Below, piece after piece: positions 15,945 through 24,175 of a stretch of 34,515 bases of DNA; the stretch's first letter is position 1, and the number at the start of each line of letters is the position of its first letter. The stretch covers positions 1 through 34,515 of the forward strand of contig JAZDEU010000058.1 of assembly GCA_043808545.1 (NCBI GenBank), written 5' to 3'. Position numbers and translations under genes: made by a program. The stretch comes from a bacterium (GTDB lineage: Bacteria > Patescibacteriota > Patescibacteriia > JAZDEU01). The notes under the pieces were generated by a model, which was given only the letters and a program-made list of their open reading frames with translations, had not been told where the DNA came from and ran no database searches.

Positions 15945-16367
15945 TTAAACCCCCTTCATCTGCAATGCTTTTACATTAATTTCTAAAACATTAATATGTT
16001 TTTTATTCTTTCGCACATCATTATTTACAGCTGTCAAATCTTCACTGGAAGTTCTCATAATTTGTTTCATATCCTCTTTAATGTCCTCCCGAAAAGAATG
16101 GAGCATTCGTCCCATATATTCCATTTGCTCCGCCATTTTTAATTCCATTTCTTCAAACCGAGAGTCTATCTTCTCAAACCGAGAATCTATCTTCTCAAAC
16201 CGAGAATCCATTCTATTCTCCAAATTTTTCAAATCTTCCTTGGTTGTAAATTTTGTATCCATCCTATTTTCTAAATTTTTTAAATCTTCCTTAGTTGAAA
16301 AATTTTTAGATTCAACAATTCTTTCAACTACTTCTTCAATTTGTTTTAAATCATTTTGGTCAAGCAT
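15945..16367 (-). CDS. Small coiled-coil protein with internal tandem repeats
   Basis: 140 aa. (T)KEDLKNLENRMD x2 and SRFEKID x3 at the protein level, mirrored by 51-bp and 21-bp DNA repeats. Confidence 0.7.
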   Translation of the reverse strand: MLDQNDLKQIEEVVERIVESKNFSTKEDLKNLENRMDTKFTTKEDLKNLENRMDSRFEKIDSRFEKIDSRFEEMELKMAEQMEYMGRMLHSFREDIKEDMKQIMRTSSEDLTAVNNDVRKNKKHINVLEINVKALQMKGV

Positions 16368-16444
16368 ATAATTTATATTTTAGACTGTCTAATGTTATAT
16401 ATTTTATCGTATAATAAAACGAGTGTCAAGATAAGTTATATTTT

Positions 16445-16954
16445 TCAATCTATCTCCGCCTGCTTTTCTCGCTTTTGCTTAAAAGTCCAAAATTTATGCG
16501 TTAAAAATCTGCTCACCCCCACTATAATTCCAACCAAAATTTTAGCTAATAAATCATTTATTCTTAATGAAACGAGCGCAAATAAACCTGCCTCATTAAA
16601 TATAAAAGCTAAAAAACTAATAAACTCATACTTGAAGAAATGAATATGAATCGTAGTTTCTTCCTCTTTCGTTAGCCCCATTTTACGAGCATCATCAGCA
16701 TCATCAGGCAATATCGGCAAACGAAAAACCCATTTGCGCGCAATATCAAACACAGCCGCATCGCTAGCCATAAAAGATATAAAATTCGCCCATAAATAAT
16801 GCTCCCGCCAAAACGGAAATCCTCTCGTCAAGCAAAAATAAAAAATAAAATCAACTATGCAATCTAATGCGCCAATGAGCATATACCTCATAGAATATAA
16901 TGCCGCTCTCTTTCTAATATTAGGATCTTGTTTTAATCTATTTAAAATTTCCAT
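16445..16954 (-). CDS. GtrA-family membrane protein
   Basis: 169 aa, 4 hydrophobic segments. GtrA-like signatures ...ARKWVF... and ...SRFLTHKFWTF. An acidic loop insertion lies between the halves. Confidence 0.65.
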   Translation of the reverse strand: MEILNRLKQDPNIRKRAALYSMRYMLIGALDCIVDFIFYFCLTRGFPFWREHYLWANFISFMASDAAVFDIARKWVFRLPILPDDADDARKMGLTKEEETTIHIHFFKYEFISFLAFIFNEAGLFALVSLRINDLLAKILVGIIVGVSRFLTHKFWTFKQKREKQAEID

Positions 16955-16965
16955 ATCTTATGCAT

Positions 16966-19557
16966 TTATAAACTAGCCTCTACCTCTCCCGCGCCGGCGT
17001 GCGTTTTAGAATCCCCCAGCTTGCTCCGCTCTAAAATCTCGGCTGTTACAATCTTTTTATCTCTCCCGTATTTCAACCGAGATAATTTTTTTATTTTATC
17101 CGCGATGGACGCATCCGTTGATTTGGACGGTCCGATGGACGCCATCTCAAACGCGCGCGCGGCGGTATTATCAATCAAAAGCCGCACATAAGCATGATAC
17201 TTTTCAATATTTATTAAATCATTTTGGCTGAATACCGGCTCAAACTGCTTTGCCATAAATTCCGCGTCCTCCGCTCCAATCCTAAACACGACCATACTGC
17301 CGGCATTTCCAAAAACCGCGTCGCGTACTTTCGTGTCTTGATTTTTTACCAGCTGGTTTATATATTGATGCGCCATTATAAGATTCAGTCGGTATTTTCT
17401 CGCTTCCGCTAAAATCGTCGCGATGCTGTCAGTAATATAATTTTGAAACTCATCAATGTATAAATAAAAATCATGCCTTTGATCTTCTGGCACATTAGCG
17501 CGCGATAACGCCGCCATCTGAAGTTTTGCGACGACTATAAGCCCCAGCAAATCGCTATTTACTTCTCCCGCTTTTCCTTTAGATAAATTTACTAATAATA
17601 TTTTCTTTTTATCCATTATATCCCTGAAATTAAATCCTGATTTCGGCTGGCCAATAATGTTCCTTACCATTTCGTTTTCCACAAAACGCCCTACTTTAGA
17701 AATTAAATATCCTAACATTTCTGATTTATGGAAATCTGAAGTTTTCGCCATTTCCTTTTCCCAAAAAGCGCGCACCATCGGATCAGATACTTTCGCGATT
17801 TTATATTTTTGAAATTCCGGGTCTGTAAAAATTCTCGGAATTTCACAAATTGTACCCGGATTTTCTTTATCCGCCATAAGAGTTAACATAGCGTTTCGCA
17901 TATTATGCTCAAACATCGGACCAATCATATTCGGATCAGTAACTAATTTATAAAAAATAGCAATCATTTCTTGAATAGCAAAATCCATCTCTTCGGGAGT
18001 TTTCGCCTCCAGCATATTTAGACCTACCGGCCGCTCTATATCAGACGGATCAAAAATAATTACATCTTCCGCTCTTTCCGCAGGTATTCCTGAAAGAACA
18101 TCGTCCACTAAACTTCCATGCGGATCAATAATACATACGCCTTCCCCATTAGCTATATCCTGTTTTGCCATCTCTCCCATCAAAACAGATTTTCCTGATC
18201 CCGTCACTCCGATTATATACATATGCCGTCTTCTATCATTTCTTGCGATTTTAACTGCCGTTTTAATGCCTCTATAAATATTTTCTCCCAAAAGTATTCC
18301 CTCTTTCGGCATATTAACAGGAGCGACCGCGCCTTTAGAGCGCAACCAAAAAATATTCGGAGTTTCTGTTGATGAAAGTGGAAAATGGTATAAAGACGCT
18401 ATTTCTTCTGTATTTAATACTAATACTTTTTTTTCATCAAAAGCTCTATAAATAAAACTTTCAATAAATTTATCTCTATTAACAACTCTTTTTTGCTTTA
18501 GTCCATTTCCATATTCATAAACATGATATTGCGCGAAAGCGTTAATGATATTCGCTAAATACATTTCTGCCTTAACTCCGTCTTTTGATGAGACCACTAC
18601 CCTTATATTAACATCCATTCCCGCTTTACTGGTTTTTTCTTCCAGACCTTTTATAATTTCATTTTCCATAGGCGAAAGCTGATGGATTTCATTTTGTTTA
18701 TTTTTTGGTTCATTCTTTGGTTTTACGGATTTTAAAATTGCCGCGATTTCATAAAAAAATTTAAAAATAAAATTAAAATTTACTTCTCTTAACGCATCTT
18801 CTAACTTTTTCCCCTGCTGCATTTTGCTCGCCACTTTTCTGCCCTTTTTGTGCCATTTTTTCTTAGCTGATCTTATGATAAATTGAATTGCCGCGCCATC
18901 CTCTTTTTCAAGCTTGCTTAAACTATTTGTAAGCGCGTTCATTAAATCAACTTCCGCTTTTTTATAAGTTTTTATCGGAAAAATATAGGAACGGGTAAAA
19001 ATTAAAGCCGCCGCTTTTATTTCACTGTCTGGCAAAAAGATATTATAATCTTCAACTTGTTCTATTTTAGCATCTGGATATTGGGCATTGATTTGTTGTT
19101 CAATATATTCCTTTAAATGTTTTGGAGTTGCGATATAAAAATAAATCTCGCCATCGCGGGCGACAATTTCAAACGATATATGATCCCGCCTTCCGCAAAA
19201 AAATGCCTTAAATCCTCTCTCCGCTCGCAATCCGCCGATGCTTGCGAAAAAACCCTCCGCTAAAGCTATTTCTTCTTGCATTTTTTGCGTGGTATTTGCC
19301 TGCGACTGCGTATTATCTTCTTTTGTTTTTTTTCTATGAACAGAAACAAGGAATATGGTTTTATCTAAATTTCTTGCGAGTTCTGTTTTTTTATGGAATA
19401 CCATTCTTAAAATTAAAATTATCGCGTAAGCAATAACTGCGACAATAAAAAGATAAAAAATAGAATAAAAAAACGGATCATTCAAAAACACTTTTGATAA
19501 GTGAGCAGTAGGATTTTGTTCAAGTCCTGCTGTGAATTGCAATAGAAATAAAAACAT
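16966..19557 (-). CDS. TraG/VirD4/TraD-like (FtsK-HerA superfamily) P-loop NTPase with N-terminal membrane anchor
   Basis: 863 aa. N-terminal TM (FYSIFYLFIVAVIAYAIILIL). Walker A YIIGVTGSGKS. Walker B FYLYIDEFQNY. C-terminal half collinear with coupling-protein-type ATPases. Confidence 0.75.
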   Translation of the reverse strand: MFLFLLQFTAGLEQNPTAHLSKVFLNDPFFYSIFYLFIVAVIAYAIILILRMVFHKKTELARNLDKTIFLVSVHRKKTKEDNTQSQANTTQKMQEEIALAEGFFASIGGLRAERGFKAFFCGRRDHISFEIVARDGEIYFYIATPKHLKEYIEQQINAQYPDAKIEQVEDYNIFLPDSEIKAAALIFTRSYIFPIKTYKKAEVDLMNALTNSLSKLEKEDGAAIQFIIRSAKKKWHKKGRKVASKMQQGKKLEDALREVNFNFIFKFFYEIAAILKSVKPKNEPKNKQNEIHQLSPMENEIIKGLEEKTSKAGMDVNIRVVVSSKDGVKAEMYLANIINAFAQYHVYEYGNGLKQKRVVNRDKFIESFIYRAFDEKKVLVLNTEEIASLYHFPLSSTETPNIFWLRSKGAVAPVNMPKEGILLGENIYRGIKTAVKIARNDRRRHMYIIGVTGSGKSVLMGEMAKQDIANGEGVCIIDPHGSLVDDVLSGIPAERAEDVIIFDPSDIERPVGLNMLEAKTPEEMDFAIQEMIAIFYKLVTDPNMIGPMFEHNMRNAMLTLMADKENPGTICEIPRIFTDPEFQKYKIAKVSDPMVRAFWEKEMAKTSDFHKSEMLGYLISKVGRFVENEMVRNIIGQPKSGFNFRDIMDKKKILLVNLSKGKAGEVNSDLLGLIVVAKLQMAALSRANVPEDQRHDFYLYIDEFQNYITDSIATILAEARKYRLNLIMAHQYINQLVKNQDTKVRDAVFGNAGSMVVFRIGAEDAEFMAKQFEPVFSQNDLINIEKYHAYVRLLIDNTAARAFEMASIGPSKSTDASIADKIKKLSRLKYGRDKKIVTAEILERSKLGDSKTHAGAGEVEASL

Positions 19558-19568
19558 ATTATAAAAAA

Positions 19569-19775
19569 ATCAAAAGTCAAAACTCAAATCTGCCAGCCTG
19601 CGCAGGCTGGCACAGGCAGGCAACCTAAAACTTTTAAACTGTCTCAAATTTATATATTTTAAATTTTTCACACTAAATTCTAAAAAAACTTCTGACAGTG
19701 TAACCCCTTGCGAATTTGGTAGTTTTAAGATTTGAGTTGCATTTTTGAATTTTGCGTTTTGAATTTTGAGCTTTG
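19569..19775. repeat. ~200-bp composite hairpin element, copy A (with nested GC palindrome GCCAGCCTGCGCAGGCTGGC at 19592..19611)
   Basis: Shares CAAAACTCAAATCT, AAAACTTT(T)AAACTG, TTCACAC and a ~60-nt 3' block (19711..19771) with copy B at 21214..21397. The AT-rich ends are mutually inverted (CAAAACTCAAATC / GATTTGAGTTG). Confidence 0.8.
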
Positions 19776-19830
19776 TATTATTATATACCATCTGCGAATA
19801 ATCTGCAATAATAATAAAATTCGCCAGTAT

Positions 19831-21069
19831 CTATTTCAAATACTTCCTATTCCCTATCTCTTTCGGAAAATGGTCTTGCTCAACAATGGCATCAGGGAAG
19901 TTATGCGCGTATTTATAATCTTTTCCATATCCTAAATCCTGCATAAGCTTTGTAGGCGCATTTCGCAAATTCATCGGAACTGGAAGCGAGCCAAATTGTT
20001 CAATGTCTTCCTTTACTTTTCCATAAGCAATATACAAATCATTATCTTTTGGCGCTTTTGCGAGATATACTACCGCTTGCGCTAATGCCAGCTCTCCTTC
20101 TGGAATGCCTATAAAATGAAAGGCGTCTTTCGCGGCTACTGCGACTACTAACGCCTGCGGATCAGCAGCGCCTATATCTTCCGAAGCAAAACGAATTAAA
20201 CGCCGAGCTATAAACAAAGGATCTTCTCCGCCTACAATCATTCTCCCGAACCAATACAAAGCGGCATCCGCGTCGCTATCGCGCATACATTTATGAAGCG
20301 CTGAAATTAAATTATAATGCTCTTCCCCATCTTTATCATAAAGCAATGAACTTTTTTTGCTTATATAAGATAATGCTTTTGCTGTAATAGTTTTTTTATC
20401 ATTACTCTTAGCTAAAATATTAGCCGTTTCTTCTAGCAAATTTAAAGCTCTTCTCGCATCTCCGTCAGCATAACTGGCCAAATAAAAAAATGCATCTTCT
20501 GAAAATTCTAAATTTAATTCTCCTAAACCTTTTTCACTGTCTTTTAATACATTTTTTATAATGGAAATTATATTTTCTTCAGTTAATCTTTTTAATACTA
20601 AAACTTTACATCTTGAAAGTAAGGCTGAATTTACTTCAAAAGAAGGATTTTCAGTAGTCGCTCCAATTAAACTTATTATTCCTTTTTCAACATGGGGCAA
20701 AAAAATGTCTTGTTGCAGTTTATTAAAACGATGGATTTCATCAATAAAAATAATAGTTTTCTCTCCTTTTTCCCTTAGTCTTTCCGCGGCTTCATTTATT
20801 TTTATTTTTACATCAGCAATTTTCGCGGTAACGGCAGACATTGGCAAAAAATAGCAATTGCTTTTTTCTGCTATTATATTCGCCAGCGTAGTTTTTCCTG
20901 TTCCGGGAGGTCCCCAAAAAAGCAATGAGGGAATTTTACCTTCAGTTATATATCTGGCTATAAATTCCGCAACTTCTTCCTGCCCAAAAAAATCCTTAAA
21001 TGTTCCAGGCCGCATACGATCGGCGAGGGGACGAAATTCTTGTGTATTTTGATTAGATAGGTTATGCAT
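19831..21069 (-). CDS. rarA: Replication-associated recombination protein A (AAA+ ATPase)
   Basis: 412 aa. FGQEEV...LLFWGPPGTGKTTLANIIA, Walker B IIFIDEIHRFNK, and the MgsA C-terminal domain HYNLISALHKCMRDSDADAALYW...GEDPLFIARRLIRFASEDIG. Confidence 0.95.
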   Translation of the reverse strand: MHNLSNQNTQEFRPLADRMRPGTFKDFFGQEEVAEFIARYITEGKIPSLLFWGPPGTGKTTLANIIAEKSNCYFLPMSAVTAKIADVKIKINEAAERLREKGEKTIIFIDEIHRFNKLQQDIFLPHVEKGIISLIGATTENPSFEVNSALLSRCKVLVLKRLTEENIISIIKNVLKDSEKGLGELNLEFSEDAFFYLASYADGDARRALNLLEETANILAKSNDKKTITAKALSYISKKSSLLYDKDGEEHYNLISALHKCMRDSDADAALYWFGRMIVGGEDPLFIARRLIRFASEDIGAADPQALVVAVAAKDAFHFIGIPEGELALAQAVVYLAKAPKDNDLYIAYGKVKEDIEQFGSLPVPMNLRNAPTKLMQDLGYGKDYKYAHNFPDAIVEQDHFPKEIGNRKYLK

Positions 21070-21213
21070 AAAATGATAAAATTTATACCGTCCCGTCAGA
21101 GTCTCCTAGAATGCTTAAAGCGTAGCGAAAGCAGTCAAGGGACCCTGACGATTAAAAATAAAGCTTATTTCGATTATATAAATTATCCTTTGGCATATTA
21201 TTCTTTAACATAT

Positions 21214-21397
21214 AAAATCAAATTTCAAAACTCAAATCTACAAATCAAAACTTTAAAACTGCATAGTGCTTCACACGATTAAAATTTAACTTATTTAACG
21301 CTTAAAAAATTTCTAAAAATTTAAATCTTCACGAATTTGGTAATTTTTGAGATTTGAGTTGTGGTTTTGACTTTTGCGTTTTGATTTTTGACTTTTA
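21214..21397. repeat. ~185-bp composite hairpin element, copy B (lacks the GC palindrome)
   Basis: See copy A. The 3' block 21332..21392 is roughly 80 percent identical by eye to 19711..19771. Confidence 0.8.
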
Positions 21398-21492
21398 ATT
21401 TTTCGTTTAAAATTAGGTTTTAAACATTTGATTTTTATAAAATATTCCTATATAATAATACCATACACTTAATATACTTAAAAATCAATATT

Positions 21493-23103
21493 ATGTATAA
21501 AAAAATAATTTCTGTTATAACTATAATTTGTTTATCAGCGCCTGCTTTTTTGCGTCCTGTAAAAGCGGCTGAATTTAATCCGAATAGCATTATAACTGAC
21601 TTTGAATATATGGATTATGACGCAATGAATTTAGATGAAATTCAGTATTTTTTAGAACAAAAAGGCAGTGGGCTTGCAATTTATAAGACAGCGGATGTTG
21701 ATGGAAAAATAAAAAAAGCTTCTGAAATAATTTACCGCGCCGCAAATGACTATAAAATAAGCCCGAAATTCATATTAGTTATGCTTCAAAAAGAACAAAG
21801 CTTAATAGAAACTGCTAATCCTACTGATTATAAGCTTGATTGGGCAATGGGTTTCGCAAGATGCGACGATCCAATATTATGTTCTCCTGAAAATATGGCG
21901 GAATTTCAAGGTTTCGCAAAACAAGTTGATCGCGGCACAGCCAGGCAAAGATATTATCTTGAAAACGCGTATAAAGACTGGCTTAAAAGCGCAAATAATA
22001 CTTACGACATTGATGGATATAAAATAACTCCAATAAATCAGGCGACAGCGAATTTATACAGCTATACGCCTCATTATCATGGAAATTATAATTTCTGGAA
22101 AATTTGGAACAAATATTTTTCAAAAAATTTCCCTGACGGAACATTATTGCAAGCCGACGGGAGCGATAATGTATGGCTTATAAGTTATGGTATGCGCCGC
22201 CCTTTCGCAAATAAAGCGGTCTTTTCTTCAAGATTTGATAAAAATAAAATAATTACCGTATCGGAAAATGATATTTTAAAATATGAGTTAGGCGCTAGTA
22301 TAAAATTTTCGAACTATGCTTTAATGCGAGATTCTAATAAAAACATATATCTTTTAATAGATGATAAAAAGTATAAAATAGTTTCGCCCGAAGTATTTAA
22401 AAAATTAGGATTCATCTCCGATGAAATCGTTGACTTAGAATACGATGAGATAAATGAATATAAAGATGGCGGAAATATAACTATGGACAGCGTCTATCCT
22501 TTAGGAGAATTATTGCGCGATAAAAAAACCGGCGGAGTTTTTTATGTGGAAAATGGGATTAAAAATCCTATTTGGGACAAACAAATATTAAAAACTAATT
22601 ATCCGAATAGGCATACTATAGATGCGACGGATGAAGAAATAGAAAAATTAGTTGCGGGGTGGCCCATAAAATTTAAAGATGGAGAAATTGTGAAAGGAAG
22701 CGAAAGCCCAGCGGTTTATGTTATATCTGACGGACAAAGAAGACCGATTATTGACGGAAGAATTTTTGAATCTTTAGGTTATAAATGGGAAAATGTTGTT
22801 AGCCTAGATCAAAAAATACTTGAAACCCTGCATCCATTAGGAGATGTTATAGATATCGGGCAAGAAGATAGCGCAGAAGAAATTGACGATGGAACTTTAG
22901 TGAAAATGGATGGAAAACCGAGCGTATATTTAGTGGAGGATAAAACACTTCGTCCTATAATATCTGGAAATGTTTTTGAGATGTTGGGATTTAAATGGGA
23001 TGAAATTAAAGAAATTTCAGAAAATATCGCGGCGCTATATAATACCGGGGCTCTGATTGATGAAAATTATATAAGTTCAAAATTTGCAAAAGCTGGAATA
23101 TAA
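21493..23103 (+). CDS. Secreted protein: N-terminal possible cell-wall-hydrolase-like domain plus five tandem ~60-aa repeats
   Basis: 536 aa. Signal peptide MYKKIISVITIICLSAPAFLRPVKA. Repeated pattern like AVYVISDGQRRPIIDGRIFESLGYKWENVVSL and SVYLVEDKTLRPIISGNVFEMLGFKWDEIKEI. Function not established. Confidence 0.7.
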   Translation: MYKKIISVITIICLSAPAFLRPVKAAEFNPNSIITDFEYMDYDAMNLDEIQYFLEQKGSGLAIYKTADVDGKIKKASEIIYRAANDYKISPKFILVMLQKEQSLIETANPTDYKLDWAMGFARCDDPILCSPENMAEFQGFAKQVDRGTARQRYYLENAYKDWLKSANNTYDIDGYKITPINQATANLYSYTPHYHGNYNFWKIWNKYFSKNFPDGTLLQADGSDNVWLISYGMRRPFANKAVFSSRFDKNKIITVSENDILKYELGASIKFSNYALMRDSNKNIYLLIDDKKYKIVSPEVFKKLGFISDEIVDLEYDEINEYKDGGNITMDSVYPLGELLRDKKTGGVFYVENGIKNPIWDKQILKTNYPNRHTIDATDEEIEKLVAGWPIKFKDGEIVKGSESPAVYVISDGQRRPIIDGRIFESLGYKWENVVSLDQKILETLHPLGDVIDIGQEDSAEEIDDGTLVKMDGKPSVYLVEDKTLRPIISGNVFEMLGFKWDEIKEISENIAALYNTGALIDENYISSKFAKAGI

Positions 23104-23154
23104 AATAAAAAATATTTTTGAGTTTTGAGTTTTGACATTTGAGTTTTATAAAAT

Positions 23155-23946
23155 ATGTCTCTAGTTTTCTCCGCCATAACTCCGCACTCTCCTATTTTAA
23201 TCCATTCCATAGGAAAGGATGATTTTCAATATCTAAAAAAAACTATCGTTGCTTTTTCTGTTTTAGAAGATGAGATATATGTCGCGCGACCGCAGACAAT
23301 AATAATTCTATCTTTTAGCGAACATATCTTAAATAACGCATTTTCAATTAACTTGTCTCCAAAATATAAAAGTAATTTTAAAAATTTTGGGGAATATTCC
23401 ATAGAAAAAGAATTCATAAATGATGTCGGTTTTACTCATCACATAAGAGAAAAATTTGAAGGGAAAATACCAGTAAAACTCTTCTCGGAAGAAAACCTTA
23501 ATTATGAGGCATCTGTCCCTTTGCATTATTTAACAGAGCATCTGAAAGATATATCAATTATCCCGATAATATCTTCCGGCTTAGATATTCAATGCCATTT
23601 TAATTTTGGACAAAATCTTAAAGATTTAATTCTTTCTTCAAATAAAAGGATTGCGATTATCGCGTCAATAGATTTAGCTGAATGCGAGGCTAAAGGAAGC
23701 CCTGATAAATCCGCGGAAAAAGGCAGCCAGCTAAATAAAAAAATAACCCATCTTATAAAAAGCAATAATAGCAAAGGAATATTAAGAATCAAAGAAGAAA
23801 TAATAAAAGACACAGGATTAAATGATTTTAGCGCGCTATTGATGCTTCTCGGAGTTATGGATGGGATAAATTATAAACCGGAGATTCTATCTTATGAGTT
23901 CCCTTTTGGAATCGGCTATCTAACCGCGAATTTGAAACTGGGATAA
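23155..23946 (+). CDS. LigB/Memo-like (class III extradiol dioxygenase subunit B-like) family protein
   Basis: 263 aa. The N-terminus MSLVFSAITPHSPILI is typical of this fold family. Assignment is by motif recall only. Confidence 0.5.
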   Translation: MSLVFSAITPHSPILIHSIGKDDFQYLKKTIVAFSVLEDEIYVARPQTIIILSFSEHILNNAFSINLSPKYKSNFKNFGEYSIEKEFINDVGFTHHIREKFEGKIPVKLFSEENLNYEASVPLHYLTEHLKDISIIPIISSGLDIQCHFNFGQNLKDLILSSNKRIAIIASIDLAECEAKGSPDKSAEKGSQLNKKITHLIKSNNSKGILRIKEEIIKDTGLNDFSALLMLLGVMDGINYKPEILSYEFPFGIGYLTANLKLG

Positions 23947-23973
23947 TTCGTATCTGTTAAAATAATCACAGAA

Positions 23974-24099
23974 TGTCATTCCGACCGAGCGAACCAGACG
24001 CCCAAACGGCTGATTCGTGAGTGGAGGAATCTGTTTATTAAGCCAAATTTGGTACTGCCAACAAATTCCTCCACTCGCTGTCGCTCGGTCGGAATGACA
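23974..24099. repeat. GTCATTCCGACCGAGCGA...GAGTGGAGGAAT hairpin element (family copy 2)
   Basis: TGTCATTCCGACCGAGCGA (23974..) pairs with TCGCTCGGTCGGAATGACA (..24099). GAGTGGAGGAAT pairs with ATTCCTCCACTC. The left arm carries an extra 26 nt. Confidence 0.85.
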
Positions 24100-24175
24100 A
24101 AAAAGAGTACTATTTCAACAAACACTAATTCGTCAATATTTTTGACTTTTGACTTTTAATTTTTGACTTTTTTAT

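Noticed and set aside
19570-19791. ORFs 19570..19791 (-), 19732..19935 (+), 21064..21282 (+), 1898..2080 (+), 2191..2466 (+), 8633..8821 (-)
   Set aside because: They run through palindromic or heptad repeat elements (peptides such as LPACASLRRLA and VGAYCNTPLQ are simply translated hairpins) and lack start context. I treat them as repeat artefacts.
16966-21069. Integrative conjugative element or prophage around the TraG-like ATPase
   Set aside because: No integrase, relaxase, VirB4, capsid or terminase genes and no att-like direct repeats beyond the generic hairpin family. The neighbours are housekeeping (rarA) or envelope genes.
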